Source of the DNA: Nemertoderma westbladi
Taxonomy: Eukaryota > Animalia > Xenacoelomorpha
DNA: 64,000 nt
Assembly: GCA_032718475.1 (NCBI GenBank)
Contig: JAUCBJ010006674.1
Coordinates: forward strand, 1-64,000
Reading direction: 5' to 3'
In this document: positions 12,346 through 25,650 of the stretch, one piece after another
How the letters are laid out: each line of letters opens with the position of its first letter
Position numbering within the stretch: position 1 is the stretch's first letter
Notes under the pieces: generated by a model
The model's database searches: none
Seen by the model: only the letters and a program-made list of their open reading frames with translations
Told to the model about the DNA's origin: nothing
Position numbers and translations under genes: made by a program

Positions 12346-12845
12346 ACAAGAAAAACAAAAAAACAAAAACTTAATTATTTCAGAATGTATTTTTGCACTC
12401 TGAATTTTCTGGCAGATCAGTGTTGATATGATCCTCTGCTCTTCACGAACCCTCATTTTTATCATAATGATGTACCATCAATAGATTTTGTGTTTCTCGT
12501 AATAAGCACCCACCCAGCACAGAATGCCGTATAATACCACAGGAATTTTTGTTGCTCAGAATTTCCTATGAGTGATGGTGTTATTCCAGGAGAGAAAACA
12601 AATAAATACATTTATGTGTCTCTAGGGGATAACTGATATCATCACTATCAATGATCATCGACACCACCAGATCATCTATAATAAATTATTACTATAAAAT
12701 ACAACACAATGTATGTGACATGAGCAAAAGTTAATTAATTCTATAATTTATGATGCTTTACGTTTGATACCTTAACAAACCTCAACCTCACCTAGTGTTA
12801 CTTTGTAGTGTAGTAGTCTCATATTATACATGTATTTCCACTTAC

Positions 12846-13117
12846 TTTCAGTTCATCAGTAGCTCCTCCCACGGAAGTAGCAACCACAGTAAAAGTCTGT
12901 TTGTCCCGCTTAGCTTTATGCAAGGTCCGGTTGAGGTAGACAATCCCTTGTTTTCCGTCGACTATGAACTTGTCATGATCCCTCCCAATAAGGGAGTAGG
13001 TTATGTTGGTGTGAGGCGTGCCATTGCAGTACGCTGTCACATTCAACACATAACGGTCTGGCTTCAGGTAACGCGGAACATCCTTACGTTCTTTAGTTTG
13101 TATGAACTTTGGACAAT
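12846..13117 (-). CDS. Cadherin-like domain exon of the same gene
   Basis: tttcag|AT CPKFIQ...VLNVTAYCNGTPHTNITYSLIGRDHDKFIVDGKQGIVYLNRTL...FTVVATSVGG..LK|gtaagt; cadherin pattern P-x-F, V-x-A, ITYSL, F-x-I/V-D-xx-G-x-V; 272 nt, phase 1 to 0. Confidence 0.82.
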
Positions 13118-13814
13118 CTGAAAATAATGTGAAAGGAGATTTTCGTAATTTAATTTTTTCAAGCTGAATTTTTTTTACATAATTATTTAATTACACTATC
13201 ATATCATTTAAACAATGTGCAGCTGCAATGCAACATGCCGTTTACAATAGTATAGTAGCATATCAAACACTTCCTAAGTTAATGAACCACAGGCAGATGT
13301 GTTTGTCATTCAATTCATCTTATTATCCGGTTTGGTTTCAAGGTTTGAATCCCAAACTCTACACATTATTATAACAAACAGTTATGAGCAAAATGTTGTT
13401 AAAAAACTGGAATAGTAGCCGGAATTGAAGGAAAATAATAGCGGGTAGATAGATATAAAATATTTTAATTTATTGATGTTTAAAGATATATACTGTCGAG
13501 AGATGGATACATGTCATGGTTATACTTGAACCACGACTCCCGCTCTATAGTAGTGCAAAACACTAATGGTGCAATGAAGCATACCCAGAAACAAATCAAC
13601 CCAAGTCATTCTGTAAGCCAATACACTTTCCTAGTTTGGATATTGTCAAGTTATGTATATATTAAACCATTACGTGCTTAGGGGTATGTATGTATATATT
13701 ACAACATATAATAACACTTTTAATATAACACTAATACTGGTTGATTAAATCTATAGAAACTGTTTCTGATCAGAAATAGTTGTCCTACACTGTAGGTTCG
13801 ATTATTTATGGCAG

Positions 13815-14260
13815 TAGTAGTACCAGTACTTTTATATGGGAGTACATGCTGAGCTGACCTCTAACTGCAGAGGAAACCAAATCTCTGGATGGCACTTTCA
13901 CAAGAATGCATCGCCGGGTTCATTGTGTCAAGTACAAGGAAAACATCTCCAATCAGACTCTATACAACATTGGAGATGTTCCATTAGTCTCCCCTAGCGT
14001 GACATTTGAACGGAACCGCCTGAGCTTTGCAGGACATTGCTTTCGCCGTGAGGACCAGCCAGTGCATAATATTGTACTTTGGCGGCCGCACTCATGGAGT
14101 GAATAAGCATGGGGGACAGCCCATGACTTTCTTGAGACGCATCTTAAAGTACACTGGCCTTGAAGATGGAGATGAGGATGATCTAGCAAATGTCATCTGT
14201 GATAGGGAGTTGTGGCGGCGCAATTTTGTCGAAAAACCGACACAGCATTCATAATATATA
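13815..14260 (+). mobile_element. RTE-type LINE 3' end fragment
   Basis: LDGTFTRMHRRVHCVKY..LSFAGHCFRREDQPVHNIVLW..HGGQPMTFL..DRELWRR; same family as 45390-46765. Confidence 0.82.
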
Positions 14261-17200
14261 TATGTAATATAAATATAATGCAGCCGCAATGCAGCATGCC
14301 GATCGCAGTAGTAGTACTATACTCGGCCATAATAAAATTAAATTATGATTGATGTATTTTATCAAGTTGTGCACCTTTCTTATTATTCGATAACGGTAGT
14401 CAACATCAATTCAATATCAATGCATTAGGTGGAGACTGACAACCAACGAATAGTTTATCACTTATTAAATTAACAAGTTCGTTCTAATATATGATAAAAT
14501 ATTATTTATATCACATGTGAAAATCCATTTTAATAGTACACAGGTGTGAATGACGTTATCTTGCCTAAATGGCAGTCCGGTAATGCGATGGAGTGGGGTT
14601 GTTCAAAGTTGGCTCGTTTGGAAAACTGGAGAAAACGCCTCCCCTGGCAGCAGTAATTGCCTTGGTCATTAGCAATAGGAAGTGGGAGGTACGGCCCGTT
14701 AGTTCGGCTAATTTTAATCACTTCAACCCCCTGGCGAGTCACAAAAGCAGCGTGATACCTTCTCTCTGATAGAAAAACCTTCTTGCAGCTCACAAAATTC
14801 CAATAATTCAAAGAGAATGTTGGACTGAGCTGAATATATTATATTGTTCAGCAGTAATACTATACTGTATTACTGTGATGTCAATTGTATACGTTTTTAT
14901 TGATATCGCCAGAATTATGGGAAGACTTAAGAGCATTTTTTAGTGAGCTGCAAAAATACAATGATATTACAAGCATTAACACATAATGAATGTAAAATGA
15001 ACAAATATGTGGCAAATACATACTACCTTAATGGTATCATCAATATCTGTCTTCAATCATACTATTGCTTGATTATATTTCTTATCAGCACAATTCTTAC
15101 ACATTCAGAATAATTAATGCATTTTCGTCTACACATACATGTTGATTCTGCTATGCTATTAATTCTGAATCTAGTCTGTATTAAACTAGCTGCACATAAA
15201 CTTCATAAAATGTAAGGATACCATCAGACGTTCTAACAAGGTTAAATACAATCACTATCGAACCATATCCTAAACTCCCCCAGCAGACGCCAGATTTCGA
15301 TCGCTGATTCCCAATACAAGGGCTAGCCGGTGATCATCATAAAATATATCTCATAAAATGTAATCTAGGTAAGACATATGATAGTGTTCATGACAAAAAT
15401 CGTCAGTAGCTTTTAACTTTGTCCTTTATGATTATAGGGAACACATGACTGTAATGCGATACCAGCCATCGTGACTTTGCTTTAATGGTCCTGCATTTAT
15501 ATATGATAAGATGATGTCTTGTCACATTATACCCAGAAGTAATTAGTGATATATGATACAGTAGTTCCTAACATATTTTCTTTATACTGTTAATGTATTT
15601 CCGGATTTTTAGTATCAATTTTACTATAAACAGTTGGTGGTGAAAAAAACATCGCAGGAATACTTTTGAGTTTATTTCGGAGGCTCATTTTCAATTGCTG
15701 CCCTGTGTGGAATTTAAATGTAATTTACCACCATGGTAGGAAGCCCGAGCGTCCGCAGATCAATTGAATTACTACAGGCTGATTGTCAGATCCCATCTTT
15801 CTACTAGTTCATTACAATCCCCACCCTTTCCACACAATTCCATATTCCATTGAATATCTGGGGATTCGATACATACATAGATAGCATGATAGGATCCCAA
15901 TTTAGGCCTACCATACTCAATGTTTTTGCCTGGAAGAAAGCCAGGTTTCATTACCCATGGAATGACAACATCGATCTGAAGGTAGTGTTACACAATGGGA
16001 CGCTGTGCGGTACACCTCTGGCTCTGGGCATGCTCCGAGGAAAGAAAACCTCTTAGGGATGAGTTACCTTCAAGGTACTGCAGATAAACCATAATGCCAT
16101 GGAGGTGAATTCTCATAGTTAATAGCCTGACAATTCTCTGTTTCGAGATGCATGAAATATTGCCTTGGGTTAAGTTAAAATTGGATCACACTGATGTTAA
16201 GGACCGAATATCAACAAGATATGTATATCATCTGCCACTATGCTATGGTGAATGAATGTTACACACGAACAAAACTACCATAATGGACTGCTTACTAACC
16301 AATATAGAGAAAGTTTGCTATTGTTACATAGCAATGAATATAAGCCATTGCATTGCAATGCTGCATGGTTATACAAATAGTTAACCACTGCGGACAAACT
16401 ATGTGATAAAAACATCACAAAATGGGGCTGCTTCTAGTAGAACATAATTTGCATACCACAGAGTTGTCAATTAAAGTAACTCTTATCCAGTTTCAGTGAG
16501 CTACTAATTGGGCTAATTACCTATTTTGGTAAATTTATTTCAACCTGGATTAAAATTTATACGATTTTAAATAGATCTGGTACTAAAAGTTTTAGCGAAG
16601 GGCACGAATTTTTAGTATAATATTGCACTTTTTGTGATCTGAAATGGCACCTTTCAGAAAAAAAATAAGTAATTTTTTATGAAAAAGAAATGTTAAAAAG
16701 ATGTTGACATATTTTCATTACGTAGATTCTAGTAACAAAAACAGCGGGGATAACAATGGAGTTCCACAACAAAATTCCAGCAAATTTCATCAAGTCGTTC
16801 TCGAGAAATATGTACCTTAGTCTACAAAAAACTCGTAAAAGTAAGTGCTGAAAAAAACCCTTTAAAGTTTTCAAACCTTACCGCCAATTTTATGTAAATG
16901 GCGCAGTTTTCAAAATATACGGTTAGTTCTATGGAGGCACACCAGCAAACTAAAATTTCCAATATGGCGCTGTTTTCATTTCCGTTATCAGTTTGACTAA
17001 TCTAGAGTGCCTGTCTGCGTGTATGTTTTCTGTCTGTCATTCTGTCAGTTAAAATATAAGGAAGCACACTACAGAAAGACATACTAGATTCCGTCAAACA
17101 TAAAAAATGACAACATAATTGAATTCACCAACGAGGAAATCCCCATAGCAATAAATTTATATAGGTAATGTGTTTCCTTATATATGTTGACAGACAGACA

Positions 17201-17917
17201 GACAAACCTTTGGTGCTGTGCAAAATGTTAAATAATAGTCCTTTGTTTGATAAATACCGTGCCATATAACAATCAATACATAAGTCAAAAACAAAAATAA
17301 TTTTGGAAAACGGGTTTTACCCGGAAACTACAATTCGACGTTTAAAAAAATATATTTTTTAAACCCCCAAAGGTACATTCTCACCTTAATATTACATATT
17401 TATTTAATATGTTGCGAAAATATTGGTTAGTGTATTTGAAAACCCCTTGGCGAACATTTAATGTACTTAATTGAAAGTAATCAGAATATTTGTAAATTGT
17501 AAAAAGTTCGATCCTCAGGTGTGCGGGCACAAAAATTTAATTCTATGATGATGTGCGAAAGTTTCCATAGGCTAAAATGTGATCTATATTTTAATTGTAA
17601 ATTGAATGCTGATAGCTTACATGAAAACCAAGCCGGAACCTTGAACCCTTGGGAAGGGTATTGTACAGTACTCCTGACAGTTTATAGTAATGGCTCCACA
17701 ACATTAATGGAAACTGCCATTAACTCCAACACTGTGTCATATGGGTTCATAATCTAATAACTTATCTTCATTCTAATAACAGAAATGACAATTGGCAGAT
17801 GTATCAATTCAGCGCATTCAATTAGTGCTCGCAGTCTCTTTGCAGTGGGTTGTGTATCTATCCGAAGTCGTCAACAAGAGCCACAATGATCTATATTCAC
17901 ATTGAGATGCCTTTGTA

Positions 17918-18802
17918 CGGTGGCCCAGAACGGCCAAGCAACTTTTTAAATGTAAAGTGTTCTTTTTAGTGTGAAAATGATCTTTTCAGTGTGAAAATGA
18001 TCTTTTCAGTGTGAAAATGATCTTTTCAGTGTGAAAATGATATTTCCATTGTGAAAGTGTAAATCTGAAAGTGCGAAAGTGTAAATTTGAAAGTGCGAAA
18101 GTGTAAATTTGAGAGTGAGAAAGTGTAAATTTGAGAGTACATAACAGTATAGTCTGACAGTACCGTTATGCTAAAGAACGTTTCTGCTGCCACAGCTCTG
18201 ACAGACTGACTGCACCACACAGTGCGCCCAGGGCGCAGGGCCAAAGGCCAGCAGACTACATGATGATATGACAAAGCAAATACTGATACCTGTATACATA
18301 CCAGTGCCAGCGGGGGCTAGCTGGAGCAGCTTAGTCCAGTACTACAGCAGTCGATTTACCGAACAGCACAACAGTCAGACAGGGCATCGTCGATCACTAG
18401 TCTAAATTTAAAAATCCCACCATGTTTCTAGCTTTCACATTAACACTTTCTTGCTTTCAAATTTACACTTTCGCACTTTCAAATTTACACTTTCGCACTT
18501 TCAAATTTACACTTTCGCACTTTCAAATTTACACTTTCGCACTTTCAAATTTACACTTTCGCACTTTCAAATTTACACTTTTGCACTTTCAAATTTACAC
18601 TTTCGCACTTTCAAATTTACACTTTCCCACTTTCAAATTTACACTTTCAAATTTACACTTTCGCACTTTCAAATTTACACTTTCGCACTTTCAAATTTAC
18701 ACTTTCACAATGAAAAGATCATTTTCACACTGAAAAGAACACTTTAGCACTGAATAGTACACTTTCACATTTAAAAAGTTTCTTGGCCGTTCTGGGCCAC
18801 CG
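17918..18802. mobile_element. Foldback-type non-autonomous DNA transposon with TA TSD
   Basis: TA|CGGTGGCCCAGAACGGCCAAG(C/A)AACTTTTTAAATGT ... inverse copy|TA; arms contain inverted 19-bp (tttcagtgtgaaaatgatc) and ~21-bp (cactttcgcactttcaaattt) tandem arrays. Confidence 0.88.
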
Positions 18803-20190
18803 TACCTTTGGATATTCTCCAGCAGGTAGAACTTTGTATATCGAAGAAGATATTTCGGCAGGCAAAACGGAATGAGTGCTTTGATGACGTGCTAAACTAC
18901 ATCGTCGCCTCTACCACTATAGTTCCCCACTCTATGAACTATTCAATATTAGCAAGTTTACGCAACAAGTGATACTGAAGTTTATTTTCAAACTACCATG
19001 AATGGAATGCTATTCCAAACATGAAGCAACTTAAAGATTAAACTTAATGTTTAAATTGGGTAAACCGCTATATTAGACTTAGCAAATTTTATGAGCACAA
19101 CTTCAGTCTTATTGATGACTTAATGGGGAGCCCCAACGGCAACCAACGCGGACGCGTCAAGTGGATGCGTCAAAATCAATAAGAGAGAGAACGGGATTTT
19201 TAAATATTAATTTTTAAACTATAATTCAAAATGGATGCTGACGATTCGTTGCTGCATTATCCATAACTAAAAGGGATGTATGCCATATAGTTGGTGCTAT
19301 GGGGTGTGGCTGGCATTGTATGAGAGATAAAAATATAAGTGGGTTTGAGGTAAGGAAACTTGAGGCATGGCAACGACTGGACCGGAAGGGCTGAAAAGGA
19401 ACCGAAGGAAAAGGATAACGATCCTCTATTCAATATCGACATGGATTCCGGGGCTGTATGAGGAAGTTACTGGTACAAACTAAGATTCCCTGTTGTATCG
19501 GTGTGGATGTGGCTACCTCATTAGATTTAATTAAGATGAGATGCTTCATTGGATTGATGGTTCTTACTTCTATGAAATTATCTATTTGGATGTTGAATGA
19601 TTTAATGAGATTCATTACTTTTTCATTTTCCAATATAATCGGAGAATGCATGGGTTCGGGTTTTCGGAGCTGCACCAGACATGTGGAGCTGGGCCAGCCC
19701 AGAGCTAGGCTGTTATAATCGTTGTCTCTATTGGCATAGGGGCCGGTATCGGCAGACCCCAAATGCCATGTCCTATGCACTATGCAGCAGGCCTTTGAAT
19801 TCGCAAATAATATTTGGAGAGAAAGTTTCTCTACAAAATTTCAGTAAACAGAACAGAAATCGAATGAGTAGTTGAAAAATAAATACATAGATATGGACAA
19901 AATGAGCAGTAAAAGCAATCTATAGGATATATCTATAATATCTAAGCAATAAATACTGGTACTAATTTCAACTGGAAATAATTATCCACTTTTCGTTCCA
20001 CAAGATTGGAAAACTTGACAGCTACTTGTCGATAACAATGATTCTGTAAGATTTTTTATATTGTTAAATGCTGACTGGTTATGTTTTAAGTTTGTTTTAA
20101 TAACTGTTTGGAATTATGGAAACTGCCTATGCTAAATTATGACCATCATTATTATGACCAGAAAACTATACTTATTTCAAAAATGTATCC

Positions 20191-20686
20191 CTCAGATGGT
20201 CATAAACAATGCACCCCACCCCTCACATGGTCATAAACAATGTACCCCACCCCTCACATGGTCATAAACAATGTACCCCACCCCTCACATGGACATAAAC
20301 AATGTACCCCACCCCTCACGCTCACATGGTCATAAACAATGTACCCCACCCCTCACATGGTCATGAACAATGTACCCCACCCCTCACATGGTCATAAACA
20401 ATGTACCCCACCCCTCACATGGTCATAAACAATGTACCCCACCCCTCACATGGACATAAACAATGTACCCCACCCCTCACGCTCACATGGTCATAAACAA
20501 TGTACCCCACCCCTCACATGGTCATGAACATTGTACCCCACCCCACCCCACACATGGTCATAAACAATGTACCCCACCCCTCACATGGTCATAAACAATG
20601 TACCCCACCCCTCACATGGTCATAAACAATCTACCCCTCACATGGTCTGGTCATAAATAATCTACCCCTCACATGGTCTGGTCATA
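20191..20686. repeat. 31-bp minisatellite (~15 copies)
   Basis: Unit tcacatggtcataaacaatgtaccccacccc, head-to-tail, no spacers. Confidence 0.95.
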
Positions 20687-23600
20687 TGGTGTAGGCAAAC
20701 CCTTTTAGAAAAGTAATTGGCTGTTCTGTGTCCTTGGGCAGTCATTGGCTGTCCACCACATCCATTCTCATCAACAGGCTGCCACAGCACAAGGTTGTTG
20801 TCTACAGGTTGGTCCTGCCGAATCATTCTCACGACTTCCATGAGTTAGGTTACTATCATAGTAAGTAAGGATGAAGGTGCTTAAATGCTGCATCCGACCT
20901 CCACGCAGACTTCCATCTTCACTGGAATCATACATATATAAAATATATAATCGGATCCAGGTAACTTTAAAATACGTCTAAGGGCTTGTTGTGGAGAAAC
21001 TCCTTCTCTAATTCATTCTAGAATAAGTACTACTATCAAGTATTAATATTAAAATTATTTGCACTTTATACGTATTTTTCTTTTGTTTTTGTTATTTTTT
21101 TGTCATTTTTTTTATACACATTTTCGCGTCCCAATTATCCTAAGCAGTATCTGGACAATTGGACCAATTTTAAAAAATTAGCCCAAAGGTATCCAAAAGG
21201 TCCCAAATATCCGGGTACCAGGATCCCCCATGCAGCATACAGGCATTCCAAGACTGAATAATTCTCCCTTTATGATTATCCCTATATTATATTATTGGAT
21301 TGTGTTAGTATGAATAAATACAGCCTTGTAACACTACAAATGAAGTGGAAAATTAAATTAGGACTGGCGCCATAGCAAGTAGCTTGCTGCACAGCGTTGT
21401 CCATCAATTACAAGCTTGTACTTGAAATAGTTATGAGGCTTGGGGTGACATATTCTCATGTACATGCAGTAATTTGGTGATTATAATGAGTCCTCGCTAT
21501 TCCTGCCCATCACCCAGGCATCCTGCAATCTACCTACACGTACACATTAACACATTGTTCCATTTCTGTGTTGGAATGTTGCATGCGATTGTGGTATACC
21601 ACCTCCATATCGCTGTTTTTATTATTTATTAATTGTATGGAACTCCAGGCAATGAGGCAGAACACTTATACCACATTATTATGGTAGGTAAATTGCATAT
21701 TGCCTATGCGAACGTACAAACAGGACAATGCCTGGATTATAAGATATAAAGAATGGTGTTCATATAACTTGAGAATAGGATAGATAGAAATACTTCTTAC
21801 TACATTCAATACAGGCCTTATTCCTTAATGCTCATAATTATTCATTAAAAACATATAATATTTAATACATTTAATCACTTCATGGGCTCCTTCAAAATAT
21901 GGATATAACGTAACTAAATGACATTGTAGCATAGATTAGTAAAATAATGCTAATTTAGTTAAAGATTTGCTAATTAATTAAAAATGAACATCTTTCGTTG
22001 TTCTGCTAAGGATTCATCGCTGTGCTGTGGGGCTTCTCTTCTCGACCAGGGTATAAAGACAACTCGTGGCAGGACTCACATATCTGCTACCAATGTTCTT
22101 GAGTTAAAGTTTATTGTTTTTGGTTAGAAACTCAAGTCATTGTAGCAATTAAAATTCATTTCCCCCTATTAATTTTAATGTGAATAAATTTTAATAATGT
22201 TGTGAATATTTTGTCAATTTAATGATTAACGGTATTTCAGTCAATAAAAAATACAGTATAGAGTATATACTGTATATAACCTAAAATATGTAAAGAAAAT
22301 GCAGGTTTTACAAGAGTTGACCGGACAGGAATAGTGTGTTGAATTGACCAGAAATAATAGAGGAATTTGATTTAGTTTCTGCTTCGTATCAAAGATAATT
22401 ATATCAAAAATAAGAATACATTAGGTTATATAAGCTTACAACAACAATAACAAATAATATAAGTCATCGAGTTATCGCTACCTTACAGATAGCATCAGCA
22501 CACTGATAATGGATTCAGATTAATAAGGTAATACTTTGTGTAATTAACTGTGTTATGTATTCAACTGATAACTTTTCCTGCACTCCCTTGAAGCAGTAAC
22601 TCAGCCACACCCATGGATTATTTTATAGAGTATTTATTTGTCCTTAAGCTATAAATACATGCCAGAAATAATTAGCATGTGTGACTGTGGGAGTACCATA
22701 CTATCATGCTCTATCACAAATACTTCAAACTATACAACTCAATGGCAAACTACATTACTCAATGCACATCGAACGAACTATATCTTATTGTTCCCCATCG
22801 CTTACTATTTCAGTTCCTCAAAGGAATAATTTACTTCACAAGACTATCTAATTTCCTACTTTATAACCCCGTAGAGGAACAATATTCCGATGCTGGATTC
22901 TCCCCATTTTCTCCTGATACTTTCACAGCTAATTTTCAACGGGATAAGGGTGCAGATACAAAAAGCCTTTTCCCACTAGGTAGGTATGTTGACAGGTTGA
23001 CATCTAAGAGATATTCGTGATGATAATTATGATTAGTTACAATACGTCTTACCCGGGATGAGTTTATTGTTATATGACATTTATGTGAACTTCATGCTCT
23101 GGCATAGAACATTGATGTTCTAGGAAAGAGCTTCTGATCTATAACCATGTCAATCAAGTACTATATTATTTACAAAGACTACGACAATAGATTGTTGTCC
23201 TCTCCCAACCCAATGTTCCAGTAATAGGCCCACAACACAATTATAAGGTATTATTCTGCGAACTTCATTTCAAATTTACCAGCATCAAAGCGATGAGTCT
23301 TAGAATTGGGGATAATCGATTAAATCCAACAAACCTGTCAATAGAAGGCGAATCAACTGGCATACAAAAACCATTCAAGGCTTTTTATCAGTAATAATTT
23401 GTTATATGCCAAAAGCAATTTTTTCTAAGTTTCATCAACTTGTTATAAAAAATAGGAATAAGCAAAAAAAATATATAACAATTATGAATGCTATTTTTTT
23501 ACTTAAGTATAATAACTTGCCTCTTTGATATATGTATTATAGTTATCGTCTGTGAGGGAATACAATTTTAAAAACTAGAATTTGCAATCCCCGTTAATTA

Positions 23601-24225
23601 AAGATATACTGTTAGATAAGTGAGTGGCATGTGGGCTGATGGGCTCAAGGAGATAAATTCCATGGATTTCGTGTTTATCTGGATAGCCGCTGACCGGAAT
23701 TAAAGTAAGAAGTTCGTAGCCTATGTATTGATCCCATATGCTTATTGCTAACATAGCACAGCAATCTTTTTACTCCGCCCAAGGACACACCACACTGGCT
23801 CACCAGCGACAGTCCTCTATACCTCATTATTTGCCTATGACTATCTCCTGTCTTGAGGGGTATGCACCGTTGACCATTTATTGACCAATGCTGCCGACGT
23901 TTCTATTCAACTATTCCACTTATCAAAAATTTATCAGAATTTAGGGAATGCGGCACATCTTGAAAACTCACTTAATGTATTTTGCATGTCACAAAATATT
24001 TGAACTCTTAGGAGAGAGGTATTTTGGAATTATAATATACTGTTGTATCACCATGCATATAACAAACACTACTGAAACTAGCCTCATCAAAAGACCAAGT
24101 GTGGCTATATTTATTTACGGTAAATGAGGCGGCGTATTCTGTTGAGCAGTGAAGCTCTACAGACGATATAAATGTATTAAGATAACAAAATTACAGTGAT
24201 TTTCATAGTTAATTAATTTAAAAGT

Positions 24226-24418
24226 GAGATAAGCGCTACCAAATATATTTCGATCCACATAGTGGACATCTTCAGTGAATTAATGACTGTAAATAGAATT
24301 AATAGTAAAACTTGAGTTTGGCCCTTTAGTTAGTTTTACTATTAATTCTATTTACAGTCATTAATTCACTGAAGATGTCCACTATGTGGATCGAAATATA
24401 TTTGGTAGCACTTATCTC
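24226..24418. repeat. 87-bp inverted repeat (19-bp spacer) carrying a Penelope-type hammerhead motif in each arm
   Basis: Arms 24226-24312 and 24332-24418 differ at one position; motif CTGAAGATG-TCCAC-TAT-GTGGA-TCGAAA-TATA-TT. Confidence 0.85.
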
Positions 24419-24739
24419 CGTATAAAGATACGATTTATTAAGTATTAGGATGTATTAGGTGATTGTAAAAAATCAACTATATTTTTATTATCCTGTCCAA
24501 TTTTTCTAATATATATATTATCTTTGGAACTGGCACAGGTACGACGTCATCTTCTTCAAAATCATCAAAGTCTAGCTTGTCTAAATGTCTAGCAAAATGC
24601 TATAATACGTCCGACATCAAGTGGCACGTGTGCGTTTAACTGCAGATAAGCATCGAGCTCACACATGGCATTCAATTACAATCTTGAACTTGATCTACTA
24701 AATAAATCATGGGTGAGTTAGTTATTTAGATTCCCCCTA

Positions 24740-25650
24740 CATAGTTCCAATTTAAGCCTCATGCGAATTTAGTTCCAATGGAAAATAATTTAGTTCAAAT
24801 TTTGGCGAATTTAGTTCCAATGCATGCGAACTTAGTTCCAATGGATGCGAATTTAGTTCCAATGGATGCGAATTTAGTTCCAATGGATGCGAATTTAGTT
24901 CCAATGGAAGCAAATTTAGTTCTAATGTTTCAGGTGTGGGGCGAGCCACGTAGTTGGTGAAGAATCTGTTTAATGACACTATTAGGTAGATGGTTAAATA
25001 ATAATTGTAAATAACTAACCCAAAACGCCCAACCTCCTAACCAAAACAATCTTATCCCAAACAATGCCCAACCTCTTAACCCAAACAATTCAATTAAATT
25101 CATTTATATTTAATAATTTAAAATGATATTCATTGTAAAAAAAACAACGCCCAAGCTCTTAACCAAAACAACGCCCATCCACCTAAACCGAATCAACTGG
25201 TAAATATTTTATTTGGTGTGAAAATGGCACAATGTGCATGACTTGAGTATCTAATACTACAGACTGAGTCAGTCAGTATCAGTATACTCTTGATTAATAT
25301 ATATTTCAAAATGTGTAATTATACATTTAATTCATTAATAATAATTCGTTTTTTAAAAATGACAGAAGGGTTTTACTTTTACAATTATTTGTAATTATTG
25401 TTGACCCTGACCCATCCCAAATAGTGATAATACGCAATAGGCTTCGCCTACTTCGTGGCTATCCCCACGATTGAAACATTGGAACTAAGTTCTTACCCAT
25501 TGAAACTAAATTCGCTTATATTGGAACTAAATTCGCATGAATTGGAACTAAATTCGCATCCAATGAAACTAAGTTCGTTTTGATATTCTGGGATTGGAAC
25601 TTAAGTTCGCATTTGAAAATGTGCGATTGGAACTTAGTTCGTGCTACCGT
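24740..25650. mobile_element. Second foldback-type element with inverted 21-bp arrays
   Basis: gcgaatttagttccaatggat x~8 (24760-24925) and inverse attggaactaaattcgc copies (25478-25642); inner inverted motif ggggcgagccacgtagttggtgaag / cttcgcctacttcgtggctatcccc; right end ...gctaccgt. Confidence 0.7.

Noticed and set aside
524-13117. Naming the EGF gene Notch, Crumbs, Fat or fibropellin
   Set aside because: Diagnostic domains (LNR/ANK, LamG, cadherin array, CUB/avidin) are not in the window and the N-terminus fits none of them
18422-18747. Repetitive ORFs (HFRTFKFTLSHFQIYTFALSNL)
   Set aside because: Translation artefacts of the tandem array inside the foldback element
19430-19780. 116-aa ORF as a LINE ORF1 or host exon
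   Set aside because: No motif or phase-compatible splice sites that I can support
20191-20686. CRISPR-like array (31-bp repeats)
   Set aside because: Units are head-to-tail with no unique spacers, there are no cas genes, and the context is eukaryotic
22706-23020. 104-aa plus-strand ORF as a nested gene
   Set aside because: No recognisable domain and no supporting neighbouring exons
24752-24979. ORFs with LELNSHP / DANLVPM repeats
   Set aside because: Artefacts of the 21-bp tandem array
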